DNA of 64,000 nt from IMG/VR virus record IMGVR_UViG_3300046171_000231, positions 62,001 through 126,000 of that record; one strand, written 5' to 3'. The translations under genes were made by a program, and so were the position numbers. The notes under the pieces were generated by a model, which was not told the DNA's origin, did no database searches, and was given only the letters and a program-made list of their open reading frames with translations. Below are positions 63,022 through 64,000 of this stretch, one piece after another (positions within the stretch are counted from its first letter, which is position 1; every line of letters begins with the position of its first letter).

Positions 63022-64000
63022 TTATATAGACAAACTTTTAATGAGTTCTTTATATGAAAGAAAAGAAGTATTTGTAAAGGTTGTGTGCAATTCACTGGAT
63101 ATCTCTTTAACTTCTTCATAAAGATTCATTTCAGATAAAAAATTATGACACTCTTGTTTTGTTAAATGATTTAATCCAAGTAAAGTATGTCCCCATAGTC
63201 CTATTCCAGAACAACCATATAATTGAGGTAAGTCTTCAAAAAATAATCCTCTTACTTTCAGAAGACTAATAATTTTTTTATTGTAGTCAGTTAGGAGTTA
63301 CTCTACTGTCACGACTATAATGAATATTAATAAAATTTTTAAAATCCTCAATCAAATTATCAATATGTTTATTATAAATGGATATGACATTAGGATTTAA
63401 TGTTCTATCTTTAGTTTCTCTAATACATCTTTGACATAAGATATCAATTTGAACTAATGTAAGATGAATATTAGTTGCTTGTAATGGCTCTAAAAAATGA
63501 TATGCAAGACCTAAAGAAATCACATTTTGGTTCCATGATTTTTTTAACTTGCCAGAATCAAATTTAAATGATTTTAATATTTCAGCATCTGGATAGTTAG
63601 ATTTAATTTCATCTACCACATTATTTCCCCATTCATCACAACTTACATATCCACATCCTATTCTTTCTTGAGTTGGTATCTGCCAACACCATCCTAAATT
63701 TAATTTATCTGCCTTCGTCACCATACTAACACTATGTTTTCTAGTAAAAGTCGTAACAGAATTCATTGGTAAGTTATCTTTAAATGATACCCAATCTGAT
63801 TTCTCTGAAAATATTCTACTATATCCTGTACAATCAATAAAAATATCACCCTCTATGATATGATTACTACAAATTATTTTTGATACTTTACCAGTTTCAT
63901 CTCTTTTAATTTTAGATACTGTATCTGAAATATACTTAATATTTTTTCTTTTTAATGATTTATTCTTTAGATATTGAATTGTTAATTTATTATCTAAGTG
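63022..64000 (-). CDS. prnA: flavin-dependent (tryptophan) halogenase, 5'-truncated (insertion at ~63295)
   Basis: GDIFIDCTGY, GWCWQIP (WxWxIP), RIGCGYV, LGLA..FLEPLQATNIH. The frame is open to the window edge. Confidence 0.85.

Overview
AT-rich segment of a T4-like cyanomyovirus, most similar in gene content to Prochlorococcus phages of the P-SSM2 type. Almost all genes are on the minus strand. (1) 1-30.1 kb: array of about 25 tail-fibre/adhesin, adaptor and chaperone genes. They are grouped into units that each begin with a T4-type late promoter (ATAAATA) in a conserved junction, and the block also holds a subtilase and 2OG-Fe(II)-oxygenase-like genes. (2) 30.1-35.5 kb: HNH nuclease, psbD, psbA with a PhotoRC-II-like leader, a cupin, six unannotated membrane micro-proteins and four hli genes. 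(3) 35.5-52.1 kb: glycan island with GT2, GT4, GT6, GT11 and GT25 enzymes, Gmd/Fcl/GME, a Nudix hydrolase, a GmhA/HddA heptose route and methyltransferases. (4) 52-64 kb: small genes, a DUF680-like beta-barrel with a structured leader, talC, a plus-strand trio of secreted proteins, SNase, PTOX, pyrE and a flavin-dependent halogenase. About two dozen 1-nt indels, almost all insertions, split genes including psbA and psbD. I treat these as sequencing errors and report the reconstructed genes. No tRNA, CRISPR array, integrase or reverse transcriptase was recognised. All family assignments come from motif recognition, not database searches.
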